A DNA stretch of 64,000 bases from Thermoproteota archaeon. GTDB lineage: Archaea; Korarchaeota; Korarchaeia; Korarchaeales; Korarchaeaceae. Shown in pieces: positions 9,053 through 18,770 of this stretch. The stretch is from the NCBI GenBank assembly GCA_027491435.1, contig JAOZFG010000028.1, forward strand, positions 1 through 64,000, read 5' to 3'. Each line of letters opens with the position of its first letter. The stretch's first letter is position 1. Both the position numbers and the translations under genes were made by a program. A model generated the notes under the pieces. It was not told where the DNA came from. It saw nothing but the letters and a program-made list of their open reading frames with translations, and searched no databases.

Positions 9053-9842
9053 CTCCTATCACCACCTCCCCGTCTAGGTCGAAAGCGGAAGCACCCTCAC
9101 CTACAGATACCCTGTACTTCGGCTTTACCAAGCTCCTCGGCACCATGAAGTCTAGGAGGTCGGCCTTTCCCATTATCAGCGAGTAAGGCTTTAGGTACGA
9201 GCTCCTGGAGAACGGGTTCAGGTAAGATTCGATGGCCCACTCCCCCGTGACCTCCTTTAAGGGGGTGACCCCTCTAACAAGGGGGAAGGACCAAGAGGTC
9301 AGGAACTCGCCCTTCCTACCTTCTACCTCCATAGATCTAACATCTAAGACGCTGACAACGGCTTCTTTAGCTCCTATCCTGTTTATTCTCCAGAGGTCAT
9401 CCTCCTTTAGGTTAACTCCTTCAAAAGAAGTGTCTGAGAAAACTAAGGCCACCCTCATAACGGGGGGCTCGTCGTTTAGAGTTGCGAACACAGTCTTCCC
9501 CCTAGCTGGGGCGTCAAAAGACCTAGACAGCCCCCTGGGCTGGGGGTAAGTGACCCCACTAGTCACCTTCACAGTCACTATCCTATTAACGTCTTGAAAC
9601 CTTATTGGGATGAAATTCAGGGGTTTTACGGATATAGCTAGCAAATTACTTCCAAGTAGGGCCATGACTTCCCGGCCTGCCTTCTCCCCCCAGTTGTTCC
9701 TCTTTGCCATTGATGCTGCTAGGGCCCCAACTATAGTGGTGGGGGGCGGATAAAGAAAGGAGGGTGGGCTTTTTGAGAGTCCTATCTGCCTTGAGGCATG
9801 TCCCCATGTGAACTCCACGTCCGCTATGAAGGCGGTTGGCAT
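9042..9842 (-). CDS. cas5: Type I-A Cas5
   Basis: N-terminal WGH...SFLYPPPTTIVGALA, FDAPARG and RIGAKE motifs. Confidence 0.93.
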   Translation of the reverse strand: MPTAFIADVEFTWGHASRQIGLSKSPPSFLYPPPTTIVGALAASMAKRNNWGEKAGREVMALLGSNLLAISVKPLNFIPIRFQDVNRIVTVKVTSGVTYPQPRGLSRSFDAPARGKTVFATLNDEPPVMRVALVFSDTSFEGVNLKEDDLWRINRIGAKEAVVSVLDVRSMEVEGRKGEFLTSWSFPLVRGVTPLKEVTGEWAIESYLNPFSRSSYLKPYSLIMGKADLLDFMVPRSLVKPKYRVSVGEGASAFDLDGEVVIGVEF

Positions 9843-9844
9843 GG

Positions 9845-10852
9845 TTACACCTGCAGCCTGCTTAACGCCTCTTCAACGGCCTCCGTGACCACCTCTTCAA
9901 GCTGCTTCTCAGGGTATATGAAGAGCTTCGTGTTGTAGCTTATCCTTTCGGCTTTCTTCTTGGCCCTCTCAATGTAGTCCTTGGAGAAGGAGCTGGGAAC
10001 CGTCCAGGTATCGTCAGACACAGCTATTACCAGGCTCTCCCACTCCCCGCTTGGCATGAACCTGGTCCTCTTAGCTCCAAAGCCCGCCTCTATTATCAGC
10101 TTAGCTAAGGCGTTCAAGGAGGCCTCGACCCTCCTCTTGTACTCCTTATCATCCACTACCCTCTCCCCAGCCCTCTCCACGTCAAAGGATATAGCGCCTA
10201 GGAATTTGGTGTCCAAGTCGAAGCTGAAGGTGTAAGGGGCTGATGTGAGCTCCACGTAGTAGATCATTTGACCGGCCTGCTCCTGATCCTTGACGAACTG
10301 AGTTCCTAGAGCGTACCTGCTGTGAAGCTGCGGGTCTATGACCACGTTCTCCAAGGCCTCCTTCACGGGTATCATGTAACCTGTGAGGAAGTTGGAAGTC
10401 CTCTTGACGTTCTTACCTCCCCTGGCGGGGGCGTAGAGGAAGCCTCCGACGTCTTCAACTACACAGTTGCTTATCACGTTCTTCTCAAATTCGTACTCGA
10501 AGTCCGGGTTGTCCTCCTTCTTACCCTTGGCGCCCTTGACCTGCTTGTCGGGGAAGCTGACCTTAGGGAATGCGAACTTGACGACGTCGTCGTTAGCGCT
10601 CTTCAGAAATATCCCCCTCTCGCAAAGCCTACAGACAGGAAGACCCATCCTTAAGGCCTCCTGAGCCAGCAACTCCTGGTACTTGTGTGCTATAGACTCC
10701 CCTGAAATAGCTGGAACGAAGAATAGGCCATATCCCCCTTCAACTGGTATCATTACAGGCACTCTCCTCCTCTTCACGTAGTTGCCAACAGACTCGGTCA
10801 TGTTGAGAGCCTCTGCGTTTAACAAGAGTCTACCCCTAACGGATACGTACAT
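9845..10852 (-). CDS. cas7: Type I-A Cas7/Csa2
   Basis: ALNMTESVGN, VPAISGESIAH, EDVGGFL, VKRTS and GAKRTRF motifs. Confidence 0.96.
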   Translation of the reverse strand: MYVSVRGRLLLNAEALNMTESVGNYVKRRRVPVMIPVEGGYGLFFVPAISGESIAHKYQELLAQEALRMGLPVCRLCERGIFLKSANDDVVKFAFPKVSFPDKQVKGAKGKKEDNPDFEYEFEKNVISNCVVEDVGGFLYAPARGGKNVKRTSNFLTGYMIPVKEALENVVIDPQLHSRYALGTQFVKDQEQAGQMIYYVELTSAPYTFSFDLDTKFLGAISFDVERAGERVVDDKEYKRRVEASLNALAKLIIEAGFGAKRTRFMPSGEWESLVIAVSDDTWTVPSSFSKDYIERAKKKAERISYNTKLFIYPEKQLEEVVTEAVEEALSRLQV

Positions 10853-10854
10853 GT

Positions 10855-11187
10855 TTATCCCTCCCTCTTACCGGGTATCTTGGCGGAGAGGGCGAGGGCC
10901 TGTGCGGCTATCACAGAGACGATTTCTCTAAGGGCCTTTCTGTTCTTAGCCTTAGCCACTAAGCTTATCTCCTTGTCCACCTTATCCCAGTTAATTCCCT
11001 TAACCAGATCAACGGATTTTTCCACCTTGTTGCTGCTCTTGAGGGAGTGTAAGTCCCTTAGCGCCTCCTTTAAGTAGCTCACCGCCAAGTCAGCTGAGGG
11101 GGAATAACCTAGCTTGTCTATGAAGGAGTAATCGCCCCGCTCCGCCAGCAGGGCGGCCAACACCTTGGAAAGCTCGTAGTCCGGCAT
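10855..11187 (-). CDS. csa5: Type I-A small subunit Csa5 (Cas11)
   Basis: 110-aa helical protein, YSFIDKLGY...EALRD, first gene of the cascade operon. Confidence 0.85.
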   Translation of the reverse strand: MPDYELSKVLAALLAERGDYSFIDKLGYSPSADLAVSYLKEALRDLHSLKSSNKVEKSVDLVKGINWDKVDKEISLVAKAKNRKALREIVSVIAAQALALSAKIPGKREG

Positions 11188-11225
11188 TGTCCTAATAACC
11201 CAAAATACCTTTTTAAATTTTATGC

Positions 11226-11265
11226 CCTAAATATTCATAATGGATATTCGATATTAGATTTCTGG
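11226..11265. promoter_or_regulatory. Divergent csa5/csa3 promoter with inverted repeats (candidate Csa3 operator)
   Basis: Imperfect palindrome AATATTCATAATGGATATT (11230-11248, 8 of 9 pairs) inside a 40-nt CCTAAAT...ATTTCTGG element next to a TTTAAA box. Confidence 0.45.
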
Positions 11266-11280
11266 ATAAGGTGGAAAAGG

Positions 11281-11928
11281 ATGAGGAAAGTCATCGTGCT
11301 AACCCTTGGCTTTGACGAGAAGTTCGCTTATAGGGCAATACTAAGGCATGATGTGAGGGAGGGGGACGTCCTAATACTTATATCGGGCAAAATGAATGAG
11401 AGAGTTCTGAAAGCATACAATATGGTTGAGGAGTTCTTGAAAAAGTCGTTTGGGGAACAAGTGGGCCTTGAACTTTTAGAAGTAGATCCTTCAGACGTGA
11501 TTGAGACAATCCGCAGGATAATAGGCGTCATTAGCCAGTATAAGGATAGAAGGATCATAGTTAACTTAAGCGGGGGCATGAGGGCGATTATTGTAAGCGC
11601 GCTATTAGCTATCCTGTTGGCTGATATCAGGAACGTACATGTCGAGATAGAGCTCGAGGACTTGAGCGGAATCGCCAGCTTTCCTGGGCATCTCCTAAGG
11701 CTTGTGAGTGAAGACGTGAGAGAGACTTCCTTAGAAATCCTGAGAAGCCTGAGCGAGGGAAGTAAAAGCGTGAAAGAGTTGGCCAAGGTCATGGGCAAAG
11801 ACGACAGCACAGTTAGAAAGAAAACCCAAGAGCTAGAGGCACTTGGTTTGGTGAGGGCTCTAAAGAGAAAGCCCTTGGTTCTCGAGATAACTGAGCTGGG
11901 GAGGTTACTTCTGAGGGCTACTGCTTAG
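11281..11928 (+). CDS. csa3: CARF-wHTH transcription regulator Csa3
   Basis: TLGFDEKF and VNLSGGMR CARF motifs; C-terminal winged HTH (ELAKVMGKDDSTVRK...LEALGLV). Confidence 0.95.
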   Translation: MRKVIVLTLGFDEKFAYRAILRHDVREGDVLILISGKMNERVLKAYNMVEEFLKKSFGEQVGLELLEVDPSDVIETIRRIIGVISQYKDRRIIVNLSGGMRAIIVSALLAILLADIRNVHVEIELEDLSGIASFPGHLLRLVSEDVRETSLEILRSLSEGSKSVKELAKVMGKDDSTVRKKTQELEALGLVRALKRKPLVLEITELGRLLLRATA

Positions 11929-12035
11929 TCAGAGAGGTGCCGCTCCATAGTTTCCCATTTATATATGGAAAGGTCGTCGAGACACGAATGCCTCGCTTAC
12001 GCTAATCTTATAAGGCGTAAAAGGAGGGACTCTTG

Positions 12036-12644
12036 ATGTCTCTATCGGCTGAAGAGAAGAAGAAATTCTTGAAAGCGCTTGAAGAGGATGAGGAATTCAA
12101 GTTCGCGGTGGCAGGCTTGCTGGGCTACAGGGAGATACTGGAGAGGATTGTGGAGCTCGAAAAGGGGCAGAAAGAGCTTAAGAGCGGGCAGGAGGAGCTT
12201 AAGGCCAGCGTTGAGGAGCTTAAGAGCGGGCAGGAGGAGCTTAAGGCTGATTTTAAGAGGCTGGAGAGGGTCGTAAACGCCATAGCCCACAGGTTTGGCG
12301 TCTTGTCTGAGGAGTCCTTCAGGGAAGGAATGAGGTACATCTTGGAGGAGGAGTTCGGCGTTGCCAAGGTCAGCAAGTTCGTGACGAAGGATGAAGAAGG
12401 CATCGTTTACGGACATCCAAGCGAGGTCGAGGTGGACGTTCTGATCAAGGACGGGAGGCACATACTAATAGAGATCAAGTCCAGGGTGTCCAAGGGAGAC
12501 GTAGCAGAGCTCCACAGGATAGGGTTACTTTACGAGGAGAGGGTGGGCGTTAAACCATTCCTGGCGATAATTGGGGGGATGATCGACGAGGGCGCCAAAA
12601 AGCTGGCAGACGAGTTAGGCGTGAAGATAATACCTGTAGCTTAG
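12036..12644 (+). CDS. Coiled-coil plus PD-(D/E)XK nuclease-like protein (DUF3782/DUF1626-like)
   Basis: LEEDEEFKFAVAGLLG N-terminus, heptad repeats, EVDV...IEIKS nuclease-fold motif. Confidence 0.8.
   Translation: MSLSAEEKKKFLKALEEDEEFKFAVAGLLGYREILERIVELEKGQKELKSGQEELKASVEELKSGQEELKADFKRLERVVNAIAHRFGVLSEESFREGMRYILEEEFGVAKVSKFVTKDEEGIVYGHPSEVEVDVLIKDGRHILIEIKSRVSKGDVAELHRIGLLYEERVGVKPFLAIIGGMIDEGAKKLADELGVKIIPVA
12174..12247 (+). repeat. Intragenic direct repeat (32-bp exact copy, 42-bp period)
   Basis: GAGCTTAAGAGCGGGCAGGAGGAGCTTAAGGC at 12174 and 12216. Confidence 0.9.
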
Positions 12645-12808
12645 TTCCCGTCCTGGGGTATCTTCAAAGGCGCACTAATTCCCCCTCTCATGCTCACAGC
12701 GATTGGAGAGCACCTTACCTTCACTGTGTACCGTGAAACCTTCTACCTGAAATGCCTTCCCCATTTCCCCCTTCGTTTTCAAGCTACGTACTTCTCAGAG
12801 ATCCCATT

Positions 12809-14317
12809 TCAGCCAGCTAGGTCAGCTGAATAAAGCATGTTGCCCAGCACCTCTCCCAGGAGGAGCCATAAAGGTAGAGAGAGGCCAAGGGATAGGGCAG
12901 ACAGCGTCAAAGTCCAGCTGGGGCTTACATAGGCTATCAGGGTCACCATGAAGTAGGTCATGGACAATAGTCCCACGGGAATCATGACGAGGGCCATCAC
13001 GAGGGAATCTATCACGTAGTAGCCGAGGGGGTCCCACTTGACCACCTTCCTCCTGGGCAGGAAGTAAACCACGGGAAGCATCAAGAGGAAGGAGGTTATC
13101 ACAAAGGCCGATGAGAACGCCGTTAGGGTCATGAAGGGAGCCGGGCTGTGAGCCATCCCGGCCAAGAAAGAGGATATGGTCGAGATCGGGAAGAGCATCT
13201 TCAGGGAGTACTTGAGTATCAAGGCCCTGCCCAAGTTGCTCAGCTCGCCCATGTAGACCCTGTAGACCCAGAGCCCTACAAGGTCCTCGCCCGCCCCCCA
13301 CACGGTGTAAATGGCCACCAAAGTTATGAACAGGCCTACAAAGGGGGATAACGCCTCCAGGTTAATCCTGAAGAATTCCCTGGTCAAGTACCCCATCAAG
13401 GCGGCGGCCGCCGATGTCAGGGCCGCTTTAATCGCATCCCCCTTCAAGGGCCAAACCAAGTGTTCGTAAGGGACCCTCTCCCTCCTCGAGAACCTCACCT
13501 CAACTGCCTTGACCTTGGCCTTCAAGGAGGTTACCATCTCAGGCGTAATCACGTCGGAGGTGAGGTAGGCGAGCAGGGAGAAAACGGCCGTTAAAACCGT
13601 TGCCAGGGCCGCATAACCCAACATATCGCTTAGAGGGCAGCTCAAAGAGAAACCGCAAACGAAGGCCTTTACGTGGGCCAAGAAGGGGAGGGCTATCGCC
13701 TGGGAGTGGAAGGCGTACGTGTGAACTGACGTAACCGTCAGAAAGGCGATAGTCCCGAGGTTTATCCCGTAGCGCCAGGGCTTACCCCTGAGCTTCAAGT
13801 TCCACAGGAACCTGGTCAGGGCTTCTCCGTAGGGGATGGTCAAGGCGAACATTATCGTGGAGAGGGCCGCCTTAACTGCCGAGCCAGAAAGCTCCAAGGC
13901 CACTGGTATGAAGCCTAAAAAGGCTGGCAGGAATATCAGGGAGTTTGCCACGTTAGCTATCATTTTGGCAGCCATGTACTCCCTCATCCTTATTGGTTGG
14001 GCCAGGAGTACCTCTACTTCAGCCTCCTCACCTACTATGAGGGGCTTAAGCGTCAGAGCGGAGTAATAGAGGGGCAATGAAATTATCAACCCTAGAATAA
14101 GCTCTACCATTTCCCTGCTTAGGCCCATCCCGCGTATAACTTCCCTTAAGCCTACATTACCTCCTTCGTCTGGAGCAGATAGAGCCAACGCTATTAAGAA
14201 TAAGGAGAAGAGAATTATCGGGATAAGGAGCTTCTTACTCCTCACAATCGGAAATATAAGGGGGTTCAACACGTAATTCTTAATCAGATACTTCGCCAGG
14301 GTTGAGGTCCTCCCCAC
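12809..14317 (-). CDS. ABC exporter permease
   Basis: Multiple TM helices; EVLLAQPI...AKM motif; coupled to the ATPase gene. Confidence 0.75.
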   Translation of the reverse strand: MGRTSTLAKYLIKNYVLNPLIFPIVRSKKLLIPIILFSLFLIALALSAPDEGGNVGLREVIRGMGLSREMVELILGLIISLPLYYSALTLKPLIVGEEAEVEVLLAQPIRMREYMAAKMIANVANSLIFLPAFLGFIPVALELSGSAVKAALSTIMFALTIPYGEALTRFLWNLKLRGKPWRYGINLGTIAFLTVTSVHTYAFHSQAIALPFLAHVKAFVCGFSLSCPLSDMLGYAALATVLTAVFSLLAYLTSDVITPEMVTSLKAKVKAVEVRFSRRERVPYEHLVWPLKGDAIKAALTSAAAALMGYLTREFFRINLEALSPFVGLFITLVAIYTVWGAGEDLVGLWVYRVYMGELSNLGRALILKYSLKMLFPISTISSFLAGMAHSPAPFMTLTAFSSAFVITSFLLMLPVVYFLPRRKVVKWDPLGYYVIDSLVMALVMIPVGLLSMTYFMVTLIAYVSPSWTLTLSALSLGLSLPLWLLLGEVLGNMLYSADLAG

Positions 14318-15050
14318 CGCCCCTCACCAGCTTAATGAATATTTCCTCAAGCGTGCTGTCTTCCCCGATAACCTCCCTGAGCTCCTTCAGGGTCCCCTCG
14401 GCTATCAGCCTTCCCCTGTATATTATCCCGACCCTGGTGCAGAGCCTCTCCACCATGTCAAGCAGGTGGCTCGATATGAGGGAAGTGACCCCTTGCTTAG
14501 AGAGCCTCCTTATCTCCTCCTTAAAGGCGTGCTGGCTCTCGGGGTCCATTCCAGCCATAGGTTCGTCCATTATCAAGACTTTAGGCCTTACCATCAAGGC
14601 TGCGGTGGCCAGGACCTTCTGGACCATCCCCCTGGACAGGTTGGAGGAGGGCTCATCTACCTTGTCCTCCAGTTCGAACAGCTCCAGGTACCTGTACATT
14701 CCCTCCTCAATCTCCTCCCTACTGAGGCCCCTTAAAGCCCCAATCATCTCCAGGAATTCTCTTACAGTCAAGTTTCTGAACAGCACTGGGTTTTCTGGTA
14801 TGTAGCCGACGTTCTTCAGGGCCTCAACCCTGTTGGACACGTCGTGTCCCAGTATGAAAGCCCTTCCCCTGTCCGGCTTGAGCAGGCCCACCAGTATCTT
14901 AAGGGTTGTGGTCTTCCCGGCCCCGTTGGGGCCTAGAAGCCCGTATATTTCGCCCTCCCTAACTGAGAAGGAGAGGCCCCTTAAGGCCCTCACCTTGCCG
15001 TAACTCTTGTGGAGGTCCTTTACTAGGACGGCCTCCATTGCAGTGCTCAC
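14280..15050 (-). CDS. ABC transporter ATP-binding protein
   Basis: GPNGAGKTT, LSRGM, MDEP and SSH motifs. Confidence 0.95.
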   Translation of the reverse strand: MSTAMEAVLVKDLHKSYGKVRALRGLSFSVREGEIYGLLGPNGAGKTTTLKILVGLLKPDRGRAFILGHDVSNRVEALKNVGYIPENPVLFRNLTVREFLEMIGALRGLSREEIEEGMYRYLELFELEDKVDEPSSNLSRGMVQKVLATAALMVRPKVLIMDEPMAGMDPESQHAFKEEIRRLSKQGVTSLISSHLLDMVERLCTRVGIIYRGRLIAEGTLKELREVIGEDSTLEEIFIKLVRGGGEDLNPGEVSD

Positions 15051-15062
15051 CCAATTAGAAAG

Positions 15063-16916
15063 TTAGGGGTGCTTCTCCAGCCACTCGATTATCCTCTTCA
15101 ACCTCTCCACCCTGTGCTTGGGCTTCCCCTTCCTGCTGAGGTCGTGGTCCTCCTCAGGGAAGAGGACTAGCTCCACCTCCCTGCCAAGGACCTTTAAGGC
15201 GGTAAAAAGCTCTAAGGCCTGGTCGTACCAGCACCTGAAATCGTTGAGGCTGTGTATTATCAGAAGGGGAGTTCTCACGTTGGCTACGTAAGCTATGGGG
15301 CTTCTCCTCCAGTACTCCTGGAAGTTGTCCCAGGGGTAGCCGCCTATCTGCTCCGGGTTGAAGAAGTAACCTATGTCCGTGGTCCCGAAGTCGCTTATGA
15401 AGTTGCTTATGCTCCTCATTGTCACGGCAGCCTTGAACCTGTCGGTGTGCCCCACTATCCAGTTGGTCATGAAGCCCCCGTAGCTCCCGCCCATCACGTA
15501 GAGCTTATCCGCATCGGCTAAACCCCTTTTAACTGCCTCGTCAACGGCCCTCATCAGGTCTTGAAAGTCAACCTCGCCCCACTTCCCCCTTATGTCCCTG
15601 AAGTCCTCCCCGTAGCCCTCACTGCCCCTTGGGTTGACGGCAAGGACAGCGTAACCCCTCTCCCTGAGCAAGTGCAGCTCGTGCATGAAAGCGTGTCCAA
15701 AGGCCGTAGCAGGACCTCCGTGCACGTAAAGGACTGTTGGGTACGGGGGCTCTCCCTCGGGCCTGTAGAAGAGGCCCTCCACCTCCTGACCTTCCACTTC
15801 GTAAACGAACCTCTCCGGCCTCCTCAGTTTAACCCTCTCCTTGAACCCCTCGTTAAATGAGGTGAGTTTTCTGAGTCCCTCCCCGGTCAGCTCGTAGATT
15901 TCGGCCGGTTCGTCCACCTTCATGGAAGAGAGAACTACCCTGCCCTTCCTCACGTCGAAGCCCTCCACGGTAAGCTCACCCCCTAGCAAGAGCTCTGGCC
16001 TCCCATCGCTGACGTAGAGGTGGGCCGACATCCCGTCGTGGACTACGAAGTACCACCTGCCGTCCCACTTGGGCTTAGTGTCCATGCCACCTCTAACGTC
16101 GCTGTTCATCGAGTTACCCAGGCTTCTGTCGAGGGGAGAGAGGTCCACTGGGTCCCACTCGTCAGGAGGGGTCACGTAGAGGTGGTGGTTGGTCGCGAGC
16201 CCCCTCCTCCTATCGTGCCCAACTACGCCAACCTTGTCCCCCCAGCTCACCTGCCTCAGCTGCCAGCCCGTAACTAGCTCAGTCACGTCCTCCCCGTAAA
16301 TGTCAGATACGAACAAAGAGACCTCAAGGGGCTTTCTTGTGTCCTTGACTGCGAGAAAGGCCACCTTCATCCCGTCCGGGGAGGGGGCGAAGTCCCTGAC
16401 GTGCAACCCCTCTGGGGAGATCCTCCAAGTTTCGCCCGTGTTGAGGTCTATCCCCTTGAGCTCGGGCACGTACCAGTAAGTCCAGCCCTCCCCGTTGAAC
16501 CAGAAGGGTATCCTCTTTATGGTGAGGACGTCCTCCTCCTTCTCCCCCTCTTTGAACACCCCCAAGGCGAGATTTTTAGAGGCCCACCTCACCGTCTGAA
16601 TCCCCTGGTGCTTTAGGACACGGTACTCCTCAGTCTCGCTCCATACTAGTAGCTCGCTGCCCTCCTTAACCCTCCTAAGGAAGAGGAACCTCTTGCCGTC
16701 CGGCTCCCATGAGGGGTTGCCGTCGCTGGGCCCCTTGGTCAGGGGGCGGGGCCCCTCCCCCCTCTCCAGGTCGTAACCCCAAATCCTGTACTCGTAGGAA
16801 TTATCGTCCATCAAGGCCCTGCCCGCCCTGAAGCTCAGGTACTTACCATCATATCTCAGCTTTGGCGGTCCTAGAAGGACTATCTTCGAGAAATCCTCAA
16901 GCAGGATGGACCTCAT
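15063..16916 (-). CDS. S9 family peptidase (acylaminoacyl-peptidase-like)
   Basis: Beta-propeller followed by HGGP, GGSYGG, D and H triad; start likely ATG 16916 after a TATA box. Confidence 0.93.
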   Translation of the reverse strand: MRSILLEDFSKIVLLGPPKLRYDGKYLSFRAGRALMDDNSYEYRIWGYDLERGEGPRPLTKGPSDGNPSWEPDGKRFLFLRRVKEGSELLVWSETEEYRVLKHQGIQTVRWASKNLALGVFKEGEKEEDVLTIKRIPFWFNGEGWTYWYVPELKGIDLNTGETWRISPEGLHVRDFAPSPDGMKVAFLAVKDTRKPLEVSLFVSDIYGEDVTELVTGWQLRQVSWGDKVGVVGHDRRRGLATNHHLYVTPPDEWDPVDLSPLDRSLGNSMNSDVRGGMDTKPKWDGRWYFVVHDGMSAHLYVSDGRPELLLGGELTVEGFDVRKGRVVLSSMKVDEPAEIYELTGEGLRKLTSFNEGFKERVKLRRPERFVYEVEGQEVEGLFYRPEGEPPYPTVLYVHGGPATAFGHAFMHELHLLRERGYAVLAVNPRGSEGYGEDFRDIRGKWGEVDFQDLMRAVDEAVKRGLADADKLYVMGGSYGGFMTNWIVGHTDRFKAAVTMRSISNFISDFGTTDIGYFFNPEQIGGYPWDNFQEYWRRSPIAYVANVRTPLLIIHSLNDFRCWYDQALELFTALKVLGREVELVLFPEEDHDLSRKGKPKHRVERLKRIIEWLEKHP

Positions 16917-17010
16917 AGTCTGTGGGCCCGGGCTTAACTTATAAGGGGCGGCGTGCAGTGACCACAACGTAATGATTTTACTAATGTTCAGCTATGAAAA
17001 GGAGGTGCCT

Positions 17011-18504
17011 ATGAAGTACCTCTTTCTCCTGTCGTTGCTCCTGCTTTTCCCCGTAGAGGCCTCAGCCGCTCCTATCAGGGCCGTTAACACCTTCCACCTT
17101 AACTTGAAGGGGACAGTGAGGTCGATGGACCTCTCGAAGGATGGGAGTAAGCTTGCTATGGGCACGATTTGGCTTGAAAACAACGCCTTGAAGGGAGAGC
17201 TCTACGTGATCTCCTACGACAACGGGGCCAAGCTGTGGAGCCGAGAGGGAGTTTGGCTCAAGGTAAGCTGGTCCCCTGATGGGAGGTTGGCGGCTGCCGA
17301 GTACGACAGCTCCAAAGGGTTGAGGGTATCTGTTTTTTCGGGTGACGGGGATCTTTTGTTCAGGAGCGGCTGGCACCCGGTCTCTTCGAACCCCGGGTAC
17401 CAGTCAACCTACTTCAGGTGGTCCCCTCACGGAAAGGGCTTCATCTACGTGTACGGATATCCAGTTAGGAGGGGGCTCGTGTTTTACGGGAACTCCTTAG
17501 TGCTGGAGCTGAGCGACCAGTACATTGATCCAATGTGGTCTGTTAACGACGAACTCCTAATTAACTGCCCATCTAAAGGTTACCTAGTTAACTCGTCTGG
17601 CGCCTTTACCCTTGACGGCTTCCCGCTCTGGTGGTCCCCGGACGGGGAGATGTACTTCCTGGTTAAGGGAAACGTGCAGGTGATTAGCAGGTCTGGCAGG
17701 AAGCTCCTGGAGATAAGGGGCAGAGGGTCTCCCGCCCTAGGGGGCTGGTCCCCCAACTCCGACATAGTTTGGGTGACTAAGTCCAGCGGAGAGGTGAGCT
17801 TGACCTTCTACGATTTAAACGGGAACGTCATAAAGAAGGAGAGCTATAAGCCATCTGAGCTTGAGCTCTCTTGGCTGGATAGCGACGCTTACGTACTAGC
17901 TTCCTGCGTAAAGGAAAGCGGTGAGCTCAAGGTATACTACTACAAGGGGTTTAGTAACGTGTGGAAATATGAGAGGCGCCTGAGGATCTCAGGTCCCATC
18001 AGGAAGATTAAGTTGAGGGCGATGGAGGAGGGAAACAGGGTGCTGGTGCACGTCAAGTACCTGACGAACACCGTTAACAGCACCTGCTCGATCCTAGATA
18101 GAAGGGGTAACCTCATATGGAGCGAAGATAACTACCTGGAGCCTGTAAACACGGATTACGGGGTGCTAGCCTATAAGTACGTGGGGAGGAGCATAAGGGT
18201 GGACTTGATAACCTGGAACGGACACATGATACAGTTGAGCAGCTTGTCTAGGAGCATATTCTGGAGGCCTCCAGCCTTCGTAGCCTACAGTTGGATGGGC
18301 AGATCCGTGCACGGTCAGCTAGGACCCATCTACGAGAGGACCGTGGTAGAGGGGTATAGGTTAGAGGGGCCCTCCCCAGTCCCTGAGAAAGAGGGAAGGT
18401 TAACTGATGTGGTAAACGAACTCATTGAGTTATTGAGGGAGAACAAGCTCATGGTGCTTGTAGCGGTAGCGCTGATCGTCATAGTCCTGGTGAGGAGGAG
18501 GTAG
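17011..18504 (+). CDS. Secreted, membrane-anchored beta-propeller (WD40-like) protein
   Basis: Signal peptide MKYLFLLSLLLLFPVEASA after GGAGGTG RBS; repeated WSPDG motifs; C-terminal TM helix plus RRR. Confidence 0.75.
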   Translation: MKYLFLLSLLLLFPVEASAAPIRAVNTFHLNLKGTVRSMDLSKDGSKLAMGTIWLENNALKGELYVISYDNGAKLWSREGVWLKVSWSPDGRLAAAEYDSSKGLRVSVFSGDGDLLFRSGWHPVSSNPGYQSTYFRWSPHGKGFIYVYGYPVRRGLVFYGNSLVLELSDQYIDPMWSVNDELLINCPSKGYLVNSSGAFTLDGFPLWWSPDGEMYFLVKGNVQVISRSGRKLLEIRGRGSPALGGWSPNSDIVWVTKSSGEVSLTFYDLNGNVIKKESYKPSELELSWLDSDAYVLASCVKESGELKVYYYKGFSNVWKYERRLRISGPIRKIKLRAMEEGNRVLVHVKYLTNTVNSTCSILDRRGNLIWSEDNYLEPVNTDYGVLAYKYVGRSIRVDLITWNGHMIQLSSLSRSIFWRPPAFVAYSWMGRSVHGQLGPIYERTVVEGYRLEGPSPVPEKEGRLTDVVNELIELLRENKLMVLVAVALIVIVLVRRR

Positions 18505-18770
18505 CCCCCCACCAATTTTGTTGGTAAGTGTCCAAAAAACCGTCACCAATTTTAGTAAATGCCCCCGTTGAGGGGCGACCTGTTGTCCTGAGCTGCTCCG
18601 GTTCCCAGCCTTTCAATCAGCCCCGAGCCTTAAACCCCACCGCCCTTTATTCGTTTAAAGAGATTTTCCCTTTGGTACACACAAACGGGTTTGGTTCACC
18701 CGCAGCCTAGCGCTGCGTTGACGTCTATTTATGTGAGGGCTTCCCCTCATAAAGTTTGGTGAGCCTCCCC

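Noticed and set aside
12174-12247. Short direct repeats next to cas genes as a mini-array
   Set aside because: 21/42-bp coding periodicity of a coiled coil, with no ATTGAAA end.
18505-18770. Short repeats (CACCAATTTT twice) and hairpins between convergent genes
   Set aside because: Too short and compatible with terminators; no tRNA or array structure.
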